64,000 nt of DNA from Eledone cirrhosa (taxonomy: Eukaryota): positions 29,450,001 through 29,514,000 of the forward strand of contig OZ024747.1 in NCBI GenBank assembly GCA_964016885.1, in the 5' to 3' direction. Positions 1 to 15,100 of this stretch are shown here, piece by piece. Below the pieces are notes generated by a model that was not told the origin of the DNA, searched no databases, and saw only the letters and a program-made list of their open reading frames with translations. The position numbers were made by a program, and so were the translations under genes. Every line of letters begins with the position of its first letter. Position 1 is the stretch's first letter.

Positions 1-2281
1 CCCAACCCCAAAACTAACCCTAAACCTAACCCTAAACCTAACCCTAACCCTAACCCTAACCCCAACCCTAACCCCAACCCCAAACCTAACCCTAAACCTA
101 ACCCTAAACCTAACCCTAACCCTAACCCTAACCCAACCCCAACTCCAGCCCCAAACCTAACCCTAAACCTAACCCTAACCCTAACACTAACCCTAACCCT
201 AACCCAAATCCCAACCCAACCCTACATATTACCCTAACGCTAACCCTAACCCTAAACTCAACCCTAACTCCAACCCTAACCCCAACCCTAAACCTAACCC
301 TAACCCTAACCCTAACCCTAACCCTAACCCTAAACCTAACCTTAACCCTAAACCTAACCCTAACACTAACACTAAACCTAACCCTAAGCCTAACCTTAAC
401 CCTAGCCCTAACCCTAACCCTAACCCTAACCCTAACGCTAACCCTAACACTAACCCCAACCCTAACTTCAACGCTAACCCCAAACCTAACCCAGACCCCA
501 ACGCTAAACATAACCCTAACGCGAACCCTTTCGCTGACCCTAACCCAAACCCTAACCCTAACAATAAAGCCTAACGCTATCCCTAATCCTAACCCTATCC
601 CAAACCCTAATCCAATCCCAAAACCTAACAATAACCCCAACCCTAACCCCACCCTAACTCCAACCCTAACCCTAACCCTAACAGTAACCCTATCCCTAAC
701 CCTAACCCTAACCCTAACCGGAAACCCTACCCTAACCCTAACCCTAACGCTAACCCTAACCCTAACCCCAATCCTAACCCCAACTCTAACTCCAACCCTA
801 ACACTAACCCTAGCTCTAACCCTAACCACAAACCTAACCGTAAAACTAACGCTAACACTAACCTTAACGCAAAACCTAACCATAACCCTAACCCTAACCT
901 TAACCCTAACCTTAACCCTAACCCTAACCCTAACCATAAACCAAACCCCAACAATAAAACAAAACCAAACCCTAATCCTAACCCTAACCCTAACCTAAGT
1001 CCTAACCCTAACTCTAATCCTAACACTAACCGGAACCATAAACCCAACACTAACCCCCAACCTAATCCTAACCCTAACGAAACCCAAACCCTAAACTTAA
1101 CCCTAAAACTAAACCTAGCCCTGACCCTAACCCTAACCCTAACCTTAAACCAAACCCTAACAAAACCCTAACCCTAAACCTAACCCTAACCCTAACCCTA
1201 ACCCAAACCCTACCCCTAACACTAACCCAAAGCCCAACCCCAACCCTAACGCCAACCCTAAACCTAAACCTAACCCTAACCCTAACCCTAACCCTTACCC
1301 TAACCCTAACCCTAACGCTAACCCTAACCCTAAACCCAAACCTAACTTTAAAACTAGCCCCAAACCTAACCCTAACCCTAACCCTAACCCCAACCCTAAC
1401 CCTAACACTAACCCTAACCCTAACACTAACTCTATCACAAACCCTAACCCAATCCAACAACCTAACCCTAACCCCAACCCTAACCCCAACCCTAACCCCA
1501 ACCCTAACTCCAAAGCTAACCATAGCCCTAATCCTAACCCTACCCCTACCCTAATCCTAACCCCAACCCCAACAACAAATATAACCCTAAGCCTAATCCC
1601 AACACTAAACATAACACTAACGCTAACCCTAACCCTAACCCCAATCCTAACCACAACCCTAACTCCAACCCTAACTCCAACCCTAACCCTAACCCTAACC
1701 CTAACCCTAACCCAAACCCCAACGCTAAATATAACCCTAACGCTAACCCTAAGCCTAACCCTAATCCTATCCCTAGACCAAACGCTAACACTCACCCTAA
1801 ACCTAACCCTAACCCAAACCCCAACAATAACACAAATCCAAACCCAAATCCTCACCATAACCCTTACCCAAATCCTAACCCTAACCATAACCCTAACCCT
1901 AACCCTAACCCTAATCCTAACGAAACCCAAATCCGAAGCTTAACCCTAACCCTAACCTTAACCCAAACCCTAACCCTAACCCTAACCATAACTCTAACCC
2001 TAAAACTAACCCTAACCCAAACCCAAACCCTAACACAAACCCAAACCCTAACCCTAACCCTAACCCTAACACTAACCCTAACCTTAACCCAAACCTCAAC
2101 GCTAAACATAATCCTAACGCTAACCATAACCCTAACCCCAACCCTAACCCCAACGCTAACTCCAAACCTAACACTAACCCTAACTCTATCCCTAACCTCA
2201 ACCCCAAACCCAACCGCAACACTGACTCTAACCCTAACCCTAACTGTAACCCGAACCCTAACCTTAACCCTGAACCTAACA
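1..2281 (+). repeat. Copy 1 of a >=2.2-kb variant-repeat block that recurs about 22.2 kb downstream
   Basis: Same ordered variant string as 22254-24429. CGGAACCATAA at 1031 vs 23251 (offset 22220). ORF 1074 vs 23294 (22220). CCCTGAACCTAACA ends at 2281 vs 24429 (22148). Confidence 0.9.
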
Positions 2282-2533
2282 CTAACATAAACCCAAACCT
2301 TAAGCCAAAACCGAACCCTAACCCTAAACCGTACCCTAACCCTAACCCTAACCCTAGCCTTAACCTTAACCCTAACCCTAATCTTAACACTAAAACTAAC
2401 ACTAACCCTAATCCTAACCCTTACCCTAACCCTAACCCTAACCCTAACACTAACCCTAACCCTAACCCTAACTCTAATCCTAACACTAACCGGAACCATA
2501 ACCCCAACACTAACCCCCAACCTAACCCTAACC

Positions 2534-3120
2534 CTAACGAAACCCAAACCCTAAACTTAACCCTAACCCTAAATCTAGCCCTAACCCTAAACCTAACCCT
2601 AACCATAACCCAAACCCTAACACAAACCCTAACCCTAATCCTAAACCTAACCCTAACCCTAACCCTAACCCTAATCCTACCCCTAACCCTAACCCAAAGC
2701 CCAAACCCAACCCTAACCCCAACCCTAAACCTGAACCTAACCCTAAACCTAACCCTAACCCTTACCCTAACCCTAACCCTAACGCTAACCCTAACCCTAA
2801 CACCAAACCTAACTTAAAAACTAACCCCAAACCTAACCCTAACGAAACCCAAACCCTAAACTTAACCCTAACCCTAAATCTAGCCCTAACCCTAACCCTA
2901 ACCCTAACCCTAACCCAAACCCTAACACAAACCCTAACCCTAATCCTAAACCTAACCCTAACCCTAACCCTAACCCTAATCCTACCCCTAACCCTAACCC
3001 AAAGCCCAAACCCAACCCTAACCCCAACCCTTACCCTAACCCTAACCCTAACGCTAATCCTAACCCTAACCCCAAACCTAACTTAAAAACTAACCCCAAA
3101 CCTAACCCTAACCCTACCCT
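2534..3120 (+). repeat. Local tandem duplication of about 305 bp within variant telomeric array
   Basis: ORFs 2534..2722 and 2839..3027 are nearly identical (offset 305). Only one equivalent is present in HOR copy B (10079..10279). Confidence 0.8.
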
Positions 3121-6039
3121 AATCCCAACCCTAACCATAACACTAACCCTAACCCTAACACTAACCCTAACCCTATCCCAAACCCTAACCCAATCCAACA
3201 ACATAACCCTAACCCTAACCCTAACCCCAACCCTAACCACAACCCTAACTCCAACCCTAACCCTAACCCTAACCCTAACCCTAACCCTAACCCTAACCCA
3301 AACCCCAACGCTAAATATAACCCTAACGCTAACCCTAAGCCTAACCCTAACCCTAAGCCTATCCCTAGACCAAACGCTAACACTCACCCTAACCCTAACC
3401 CTAACCCAAACCCCAACACTAAAACTAACCTAATGCTAACCCACTAAACCTAATGCTAACTCTGACCCTAACCCTAAGCCTAACCCTAACCCTAACCCTA
3501 ACCGTTACCCGAACCCCAAACATAACACTACCCGTAAATCTAACCCTAACTCTAACCCCAACCCTAACCTCTTCGCTAACCCCAAACCAAACCCCAAACC
3601 CAAACCTAGCCCTGAACCTAACACTAACCCTAACCCCGACCCCAATCCAAACCTCAACCCTGACCCTAACCCAAACCGAAAACCTTAACCCTAACCCTAA
3701 CCCCAACCCTAACCCTAACCCCAACCTTAACCGAAACACAAACCCTAACCCTAACCCTAACCCTAGATCTAAATTTAAACCTAACCCTAACCCTAACCCC
3801 GAGCCCAACCCCAACCCCAACACCAACCCTGACCAGAACCCAAACCCTAAACCTAACCCTAGCCATAACCCTAACCCTAAACCAAACCTTAACCCAAACC
3901 CTAACCCCAACCCCAACACAAACCCCAAATCTAAATCTAACCCTAACCCTTACCCTTAACCCTAACCCTAATCCTATCCCAAAGCCTGACCCTATCACAT
4001 ACCCAAACCCTAACCATAACACTAACACTAACCCTAATCCTATCCCTAACCCTAACCGTAAAATTAACCCTAACCCAAACCCTAACCCTAACCCAAACCC
4101 AAACCCCAATAATAACAGAAATCCAAACCCTATTCCTCACCCTGACCCTAACCAAAATCCCTAACATTAACGCTAACCCTAACCCTAACCTAACCCTAAC
4201 CGTAAACCTAACCCTAACCCGAACCCCAAACCTAACAGTACCCGTAACCCTAACGCTAGCTCTAACCCCATCCCTAACCTCTTCGCTAACCCCAACTCAA
4301 ACCCCAAACCCAAACCTAGCCCTGAACCTAAACCTAACACTAACCCTAACGCTAAAACTAACACTAACCCTAACTCTAACCCTAACCCTAACCCTAACCC
4401 TAAGCTTAACCCTAACCCCAACCCCAACACCAACCACAAACCGAACCCTATCCCTAACCCTAACCGTAACCGTAACCCTAACCTTAACCCTAACCTTAAC
4501 TGAAACCAAAACCCTAACCCTAACACTAACTCTAACCCTAGACCTAAACTTAACCCTAACCCTAACCCTAACCCCGACCCCAAACCAAACCTCAAGCCTA
4601 ACCCTAACCCAAACCCAAACCCTAACCCTAACCCTAACACTAACCCCAACCCTAACCCTAACACAAATCCAAACCTTAACCGAAACCCAAACCCAAACCC
4701 TAACTCTAACCCTGGACCTAAACTTAAACCTAACCCTAACACTAACCCCGACCCCAACCCCAACCCCAAACCTGACCAGAACCCAAACCCTAGCTATAAC
4801 CCTAGCCATAACCCTAACCCTAACACTAACCCTAGCCCTAACTTTAACCCAAACCCTAACCCAACCACAACACAAACGCCAAAACTAAATCTAACCCTAA
4901 CCCTTACCCTTAACCCTAACCCTAATCCTATCCCAAACCCTGACCCTAACACAAACCCAAACCCTAACCGTAACATCAACCCTAACCGAAACCCTAACCC
5001 TAACCCTAAACCTAAACCTAACCCTAACCGTAAAATTAACCCTAACCCTAACCCTAACCCTTACCCTAACCCTAACCCAAACCCCAATAATAACAGAAAT
5101 CCACACCCTAATCCTCACCCTGACCCTAGCCCAAACCCTAACCTTAACGCTAACCCTAACCCATCCGTAATCCAAACCCTAACCCTAACCCTAATCCTAA
5201 ACCTAACACTAACGCTAACCCTAACCATAACCCTAACCTTAACCCTAAACCTAACCCCAAACCTAACCCCAAACCCAACCTCAACTCCAACCCCAAACCT
5301 AACACTGACCCTAACCCTAACCCTAGCCTAACCCTATAACCTTACCCTAACACTAACCCCAACACTAAACATAACCCTAACGCTTACCCTAACCCTAACC
5401 ACAACCCTAACTCCAACCCTAACCCTAACACTTCCCCTAACCCTAACCCTAACCCTAACCCTAACCCTAGACCTAAACTTAAACCTAACCCTAACCCTAA
5501 CCCCGACCCCAACCCCAACCCCAACCATGACCAGAACCCAAACCCTAGCCCTAACCCTAGCCATAACCCTAACCCTAACACTAACCCTAACACTATCCCA
5601 AACGCTAACAATAAAACAAATCCAAACCCTAACCCTAACCCTAACCTTAACACAAACCCTAACCCCAACCCCAACACAAACCCCAAATCTAAATCTAACC
5701 CTAACCCTAATCCTATCCCAAAGCCTGACCCTAACACAAACCCAAACCCTAACCATAACACTAACACTAACCCTAACCCTAACCCTAGCCCTAACCCTAA
5801 ACTTAACACTAACCCTAACCCCAACACTAAACATAACCCTAACGCTTACCCCAACCCTAACCCCAATGCTAACCACAACCCTAACTCCAACCCTAACGCT
5901 AACCCTAACCCTAACCCTAACCCAAATCCCAACGCTAAATATAAGCCTAACCCTAACCCTAACCCTAACACTAACCCTAACCCTAGCCCTAACCCTAACC
6001 CTAACCCCAACCCTAACACTAACTCTAACCCTATCCCTA

Positions 6040-6960
6040 ATCTCAACCCAAACCCAACCCCAACACTGACCTAACCCAAACCCTAACCCTAACCCTAAAC
6101 CTAACCCTAACCCTAACCGTAACCGTAACCCTAACCTTAACCCTGAACCTAACCCTAACACAAACCCAAACCTTAACCCGAATCCTAACCCTAACCCTAA
6201 CCCTAACCCAAACCCTAACAATAAAACAAACCCAAACCCTAGCCTTAACCCTAACTTTAACCGAAACCAAAACCCTAACCCTAACCCTAACTCTAAACCT
6301 AACCCTAAACCTAACCCTAACCCTAACCCTAACCCTAACCCTAACCCTAACCTAACCCTAACCGTAAACTTAATCATAACCCAAACCCTAACACTAACCC
6401 TAAGCCTAACCCTAACCCTAACCCGAACGCCAAACCTAACACTACCCGTAACCCTAACCCCAACCCTAACCCCTTCACTAACCCCAACCCCAATCCCAAA
6501 CCCAAACCTATCCCTGAACCTAAACCTAACCCTAACCCTAACCCTAACCCTAACCCTAACACTAACCCTAACCCTAACCCTAACCCTAACCCCAACCCTA
6601 ACCCTAACCTTAACCCTAACTTTAACCGAAACCAAAACCCTAATCCTAACCCTAACTCTAACCCTAGACCTAAACTTAACCCTAACCCTAATCTCAACCC
6701 AAACCCAACCCCAACACTGACCTAACCCAAACCCTAACCCTAACTCTAAACCTAACCCTAACCCTAACCGTAACCGTAACCCTAACCTTAACCCTGAACC
6801 TAACCCTAACACAAACCCAAACCTTAACCCGTATCCGAACCCTAACCCTAACCCTAACCCAAACCCTAACAATAAAACAAACCCAAACCCTAACCTTAAC
6901 CCTAACTTTAACCGAAACCAAAACCCTAACCCTAACCCTAACTCTAACCCTAGACCGAAA
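6040..6960 (+). repeat. Direct repeat with about 651-bp offset within variant telomeric array
   Basis: ATCTCAACCCAAACCCAACCCCAACACTGACC at about 6040 and 6691. ORFs 6043..6270 and 6694..6921 differ by one residue. Confidence 0.8.
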
Positions 6961-9162
6961 CTTAACCGTAACCCTAACACTAACTCTAACCCCGACCCCA
7001 ACAAAAACCTCAACCCTGACCCTAACCCAAACCCAAACTCTAACCCTAACTCTAACCCAAAGCCTAGACCTAACCCTAACCCTAACCCTAACCCTAACCC
7101 CAACCCCAACACAAACCCCAAATCTAAATCTAACCCTAACCCTTACCCTTAACCCTAACCCTATTCATATCCCAAAACCTGACCCTAACACAAACCCAAA
7201 CTCTAACTAATAACACTAACAGTAACCCTAATCCTATCCCTAAACCTAACCGTAAAATTAACCCTAAACCAAACCCTAATCCTAACCCTAACCCTAAACC
7301 TAACCCTAACCGTAAAATTAACCCTAACCCTAGCCCTAACCCTAACCCTAACCAAACCCCAATAATAACAAAAATCCAAACCCTAATCCTCACCCTGACC
7401 CTAACCCAAACCCTAACCTTAACCCTAAACCGAACCCAAACCGTAACCCAAACCCTAACTCTAACCCTAACCCCAACCCTAACACTAACGGTAACCCTAA
7501 CCCTAACCCTAACCCTAACCCTAACCCTAATCCTAAACCCAACCCCAACCCCAACTCCAACCCCAAACCTAACACTAACCCTAACCCTAACCCTAACCCT
7601 AACCCTAACCCCAACACTAAACATAACCCTAACGCTAACCCTAACCCTAACCCCAATCCTAACCACAACCCTAACTCCAACCCTAACACTAACCCTAACC
7701 CTAACCCTAACTCTAACCCAAACCCCAACGCTAAATATAACCCTAACGCTAATCCTAAGACTAACCCTAAGCCTAATCCTATCCCTAGACCTAACCCTAA
7801 CCTTAACCATAACCCTAACACTAACACAAACCCCAACAATAACACAAATCCAAACCCAAATCCTCACCCTAACCCTAACCCAAATCCTAACCCTCACCCT
7901 AATCCTAACCCTAACCGGAACCATAACACCAAACCTAACCCCCAACCTAACCCTAAGCCTAACGAAAGCCAAATCCTAACCTTAACCCTAACCCTAACCC
8001 TAACCCTAACCCAAACCCTAAACGTAACCCTAACCATAACCCTAACCCTAAAACTAACCCTAACCCAAACGCAAACACTAACACAAACCCAAGCCCTAAA
8101 CCTGACCCTAACCCTAACCCTAACCCCAACCCTAACTCCAACCCTAACACTAACCCTAACCCTATCCCTAACCTCAACCCCAAACCCAACCCCAACACTG
8201 ACCCTAACCTAAACCCTAACCCTAACCCTAAACCTAACCCTAACCCTAAACTTTACCCTGAACCTAACCCTAACACAAACCCAAACCTTAACCCAAAACC
8301 GAACCCTAAGCCTAACCCGTACCCTAACCCTAACCCTAACCCTAGCCCTAACCTTAACCCTAACCCTAACCCCAACCGTAAACACAACCCCAACACCAAG
8401 CCCAAACCTAACCCTAACCGTAACCCTAAGCCTAATCTTAACACTAAAACTAACCCTAACCCTAACCCTAACCCTAACTCTAACCCTAACCCTAAACCTA
8501 AACCTAACCCTAACCCTAACACTAACCCTAACCCTAACCTAACCCTAACCGTAAAATTAATCATAACCCAGACCCTAACACTAACCCTAAGCCTAACCCT
8601 AACCCTAACCCGAACGCCAAACCTAACACTACCCGTAACCCTAACCACAACCCTAACCCCTTCACTAACCCCAACCCCAATCCCAAACCCAAACCTATCC
8701 CTGAACCTAAACCTAACCCTAACCCTAACGCTAAAACTAACCCTAACCCTAACCCTAAACCTAACCCTAACCCTAACCCAAACCCCAAGAATAACACAAA
8801 TCCAAACACTAACCCTCACTCTAACCCTAACCCTAACACTAACCCTAACCCCAACCCCAACGCTAAACATAACCCTAACGCTAACCCTACCCCTAATGCC
8901 AACACTAGCCCCAACCCTAATTCCAACCCTAACACTAAACCTAACCCTAACCCCAACCCTAACCGTAAACCTAACCCTAACACTAACCATAACCCTAACC
9001 CTAACATTAACGCTAACCCTAATCCTGACCCTAACACTAACCCTAACACTAACCCCAACCCTAACCCCAACCCAACCCCAACTCCAAACCCAAGCCTAAC
9101 ACTAACCCTAACCCTAACCCTAGCCCTAACCCTAACCCTAACCCTAACCCTAACCCTAAACC

Positions 9163-12100
9163 CAACACTAAACATAATCCTAACGCTAACCCTAACCCTA
9201 ACCCCAATCCTAACCACAACCCTAACTCCAACCCTAACCCTAACCCTAACCCTAACCCTAACCCTAACCCAGACCCCAACGCTAAATATAACCCTAACGC
9301 TAACCCTAAGCCTAACCCTAATCCTATCCCTAGACCAAACGCTAACACTCACCCTAAACCTAACCCTAACCCAAACCCCAACAATAACACAAATCCAAAC
9401 CCAAATCCTCACCATAACCCTTACCCAAATCCTAACCCTAACCCTAACCCTAACCCTAACCCTAACCCTAACCCTAACGAAACCCAAATCCGAAGCTTAA
9501 CCCTAACCCTAACCTTAACCCAAACCCTAACCCTAACCCTAACCATAACTCTAACCCTAAAACTAACCCTAACCCAAACCCAAACCCTAACACAAACCCA
9601 AACCCTAACCCTAACCCTAACCCTAACACTAACCCTAACCTTAACCCAAACCCCAACGCTAAACATAATCCTAACGCTAACCATAACCCTAACCCCAACC
9701 CTAACCCCAACGCTAACTCCAAACCTAACACTAACCCTAACTCTATCCCTAACCTCAACCCCAAACCCAACCGCAACACTGACTCTAACACTAACCCTAA
9801 CTGTAACCCGAACCCTAACCTTAACCCTGAACCTAACACTAAAATAAACCCAAACCTTAAGCCAAAACCGAACCCTAACCCTAAACCGTACCCTAACCCT
9901 AACCCTAACCCTAGCCTTAACCTTAACCCTAACCCTAATCTTAACACTAAAACTAACACTAACCCTAACCCTAACCCTAACACTAACCCTAACCCTAACC
10001 CTAACCCTAACCCTAACTCTAATCCTAACACTAACCGGAACCATAACCCCAACACTAACCCCCAACCTAACCCTAACCCTAACGAAACCCAAACCCTAAA
10101 CTTAACCCTAACCCTAAATCTAGCCCTAACCCTAACCCTAACCCTAACCCTAACCCAAACCCTAACACAAACCCTAACCCTAATCCTAAACCTAACCCTA
10201 ACCCTAACCCTAACCCTAAACCTAACCCTAATCCTACCCCTAACCCTAACCCAAAGCCCAAACCCAACCCTAACCCCAACCCTAAACCTGAACCTAACCC
10301 TAAACCTAACCCTAACCCTTACCCTAACCCTAACCCTAAACCTAACCCTAACCCTTACCCTAACCCTAAACCTAACGCTAACCCTAAACCTAACCCCAAA
10401 CCTAACTTAAAAACTAACCCCAAACCTAACCCTAACCCTACCCTAATCCCAACCCTAACCATAACACTAACCCTAACCCTAACACTAACCCTAACCCTAT
10501 CCCAAACCCTAACCCAATCCAACAACCTAACCCTAACCCCAACCCTAACCCCAACCCTAACCACAACCCTAACTCCAACCCTAACCCTAACCCTAACCCT
10601 AACCCTAACCCTAACCCAAACCCCAACGCTAAATATAACGCTAACGCTAACCCTAAGCCTAACCCTAACCCTAATCCTATCCCTAGACCAAACGCTAACA
10701 CTCACCCTAACCCTAAGCCTAACCCAAACCCCAACATAATCTTAACACTAAAACTAACCTAATGCTAACCCACTAAACCTAATGCTAACTCTGACCCTAA
10801 CCCTAAGCCTAACCCTAACCCTAACCCTAACCGTAACCCGAACCCCAAACATAACACTACCCGTAAATCTAACCCTAACTCTAACCCCAACCCTAACCTC
10901 TTCGCTAACCCCAAACCAAACCCCAAACCCAAACCTAGCCCTGAACCTAAACCTAACCCTAACCCTAACGCTAAAACTAACACAAAACCTAACTCTAACC
11001 CTAACTGTAACCCTAACCCTAACCCTAGACCTAAACTTAACCCTAACCCTAACACTAACCCTAACCCCGACCCCAACCCAAACATCAACCCTGACCCTAA
11101 CCCAACCCGAAAACCTAACCCTAACCCTAACCCTAACTCTAACCCCAACCCTAACCTCTTCGCTAACCCCAAACCAAACCCCAAACCCAAACCTAGCCCT
11201 GAACCTAACACTAACCCTAACCCCGACCCCAACCCAAACCTCAACCCTGGCCCTAACCCAAACCGAAAACCTTAACCCTAACCCTAACCCCAACCCTAAC
11301 CCTAACACAAATCCAAACCTTAACCGAAACACAAACCCTAACCCTAACCCTAACCCTAGATCTAAATTTAAACCTAACCCTAACCCTAACCCCGAGCCCA
11401 ACCCCAACCCCAACACCAACCCTGACCAGAACCCAAACCCTAGCCCTAACCCTAGCCATAACCCTAACCCTAAACCAAACCTTAACCCAAACCCTAACCC
11501 CAACCCCAACACAAACCCCAAATCTAAATCTAAACCTAACCCTTACCCTTAACCCTAACCCTAATCCTATCCCAAAGCCTGACCCTATCACATACCCAAA
11601 CCCTAACCATAACACTAACACTAACCCTAATCCTATCCCTAACCCTAACCGTAAAATTAACCCTAACCCAAACCCTAACCCTAACCCAAACCCAAACCCC
11701 AATAATAACAGAAATCCAAACCCTATTCCTCACCCTGACCCTAACCAAAATCCCTAACATTAACGCTAACCCTAACCCTAACCTAACCCTAACCGTAAAC
11801 CTAAACCTAACCCGAACCCCAAACCTAACAGTACCCGTAACCCTAACGCTAGCTCTAACCCCATCCCTAACCTCTTCGCTAACCCCAACTCAAACCCCAA
11901 ACCCAAACCTAGCCCTGAACCTAAACCTAACACTAACCCTAACGCTAAAACTAACACTAACCCTAACTCTAACCCTAACCCTAACCCTAACCCTAACCCT
12001 AAGCTTAACCCTAACCCCAACCCCAACACCAACCACAAACCGAACCCTATCCCTAACCCTAACCGTAACCCTAACCCTAACCTTAACCCTAACCTTAACT

Positions 12101-15100
12101 GAAACCAAAACCCTAACCCTAACACTAACTCTAACCCTAGACCTAAACTTAACCCTAACCCTAACCCTAACCCCGACCCCAAACCAAACCTCAAGCCTAA
12201 CCCTAACCCTAACCCTAACCCTAACCCTAACCCTAACACTAACTCTAACCCTGGACCTAAACTTAAACCTAACCCTAACACTAACCCCGATCCCAACCCC
12301 AACCCCAAACCTGACCAGAACCCAAACCCTAGCTATAACCCTAGCCATAACCCTAACCCTAACACTAACCCTAGCCCTAACCTTAACCCAAACCCTAACC
12401 CAACCCCAACACAAACGCCAAAACTAAATCTAACCCTAACCCTTACCCTTAACCCTAACCCTAATCATATCCCAAACCCTGACCCTAACACAAACCCAAA
12501 CCCTAACCGTAACATCAACCCTAACCGAAACCCTAACCCTAACCCTAAACCTAAACCTAACCCTAACCGTAAAATTAACCCTAACCCTAACCCTAACCCT
12601 AACCCTAACCCAAACCCCAATAATAACAGAAATCCAAACCCTAATCCTCACGCTGACCCTAGCCCAAACCCTAACCTTAACGCTAACCCTAACCCATCCG
12701 TAACCCAAACCCTAACCCTAACCCTAATCCTAAACCTAACACTAACGCTAACCCTAACCATAACCCTAACCCTAACCCTAAACCTAACCCCAAACCTAAC
12801 CCCAAACCCAACCTCAACTCCAACCCCAAACCTAACACTGACCCTAACCCTAACCCTAGCCTAACCCTATAACCTTACCCTAACACTAACCCCAACACTA
12901 AACATAACCCTAACGCTTACCCTAACCCTAACCCCAATCCTAACCACAACCCTAACTCCAACCCTAACCCTAACACTTCCCCTAACCCTAACCCTAACCC
13001 TAACCCTAGACCTAAACTTAAACCTAACCCTAACCCTAACCCCGACCCCAACCCCAACCCCAACCATGACCAGAACCCAAACCCTAGCCCTAACCCTAGC
13101 CATAACCCTAACCCTAACACTAACCCTAACACTATCCCAAACGCTAACAATAAAACAAATCCAAACCCTAACCCTAACCTTAACACAAACCCTAACCCCA
13201 ACCCCAACACAAACCCCAAATCTAAATCTAACCCTAACCCTAATCCTATCCCAAAGCCTGACCCTAACACAAACCCAAACCCTAACCATAACACTAACAC
13301 TAACCCTAACCCTAACCCTAGCCCTAACCCTAAACCTAACACTAACCCTAACCCCAACACTAAACATAACCCTAACGCTTACCCCAACCCTAACCCCAAT
13401 GCTAACCACAACCCTAACTCCAACCCTAACGCTAACCCTAACCCTAACCCTAACCCAAATCCCAACGCTAAATATAAGCCTAACCCTAACCCTAACCCTA
13501 ACACTAACCCTAACCCTAACCCTAACCCTAACCCCAACCCTAACACTAACTCTAACCCTATCCCTAATCTCAACCCCAACACTGACCTAACCCAAACCCT
13601 AACCCTAACCCTAAACCTAACCCTAACCCTAACCGTAACCGTAACCGTAACCTTAACCCTGAACCTAACCCTAACACAAACCCAAACCTTAACCCGAATC
13701 CTAACCCTAACCCTAACCCAAACCCTAACAATAAAACAAACCCAAACCCTAGCCTTAACCCTAACTTTAACCGAAACCAAAACCATAACCCTAACCCTAA
13801 CTCTAACCCTAACCCTAAACCTAACCCTAACCCTAACCCTAACCCTAACCCTAACCCTAACCTAACCCTAACCGTAAACTTAATCATAACCCAAACCCTA
13901 ACACTAACCCTAAGCCTAACCCTAACCCTAACCCGAACGCCAAACCTAACACTACCCGTAACCCTAACCCCAACCCTAACCCCTTCACTAACCCCAACCC
14001 CAATCCCAAACCCAAACCTATCCCTGAACATAAACCTAACCCTAACCCTAACCCTAACACTAACCCTAACCCTAATCCTAACCCTAACCCTAACCCTAAC
14101 CCCAACCCTAACCCTAACCCTAACCCTAACAATAAAACAGACCCAAACCCTAACCTTAACCCTAACTTTAACCGAAACCAAAACCCTAATCCTAACCTTA
14201 ACTCTAACCCTAGACCTAAACTTAACCCTAACCCTAATCTCAACCCAAACCCAACCCCAACACTGACCTAACCCAAACCCTAACCCTAACCCTAAACCTA
14301 ACCCTAACCGTAACCGTAACCCTAACCTTAACCCTGAACCTAACCCTAGCACAAACCCAAACCTTAACCCGAATCCGAACCCTAACCCTAACCCTAACCC
14401 AAACCCTAACAATAAAACAAACCCAAACCCTAACCTTAACCCTAACTTTAACCGAAACCAAAACCCTAATCCTAACCCTAACTCTAACCCTAGACCTAAA
14501 CTTAACCGTAACCCTAACACTAACTCTAACCCCGACCGCAACAAAAATCTCAACCCTGACCCTAACCCAAACCCAAACACTAACCCTAACTCTAACCAAA
14601 ACCCTAGACCTAACCCTAACCCTAACCCTAACCCTAACCCTAACCCCAACCCCAACACAAACCCCAAATCTAAATCTAACCCTAACCCTTACCCTTAACC
14701 CTAACCCTATTCATATCACAAAACCTGACCCTAACACAAACACAAACTCTAACCATAACACTAACACTAACCCTAATCCTATCCCTAACCCTAACCGTAA
14801 AATTAACCCTAAGCCCAACCCCAACCCCAACTCCAACCCCAAACCTAACACTAACCCTAACCCTAACCCTAACCCTAACCCTAACCCTAACCCCAACACT
14901 AAATATAACCCTAACGCTAACCCTAACCCTAACCCCAATCCTAACCACAACCCTAACCCTAAGCCTAACCCTAACCCTAACCCTAACCCTAAACCCAACC
15001 CTACCCCTAACCCTAACCCTAACCCTAACCCTAACCCTAACCCTAACCCTAACCCTAACCCTAACCCTAACCCTAACCTTAACCATAACCCTAACACTAA

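Larger units (their letters stand above)
1600..8313 (+). repeat. Copy A of about 7.55-kb higher-order duplication in the variant telomeric array
   Basis: Near-identical ORF translations at offsets 7557 (1864/9421), 7593 (3943/11536 and 4185/11778), 7539 (4897/12436), 7533 (5334/12867) and 7546 (7136/14682). Confidence 0.9.
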
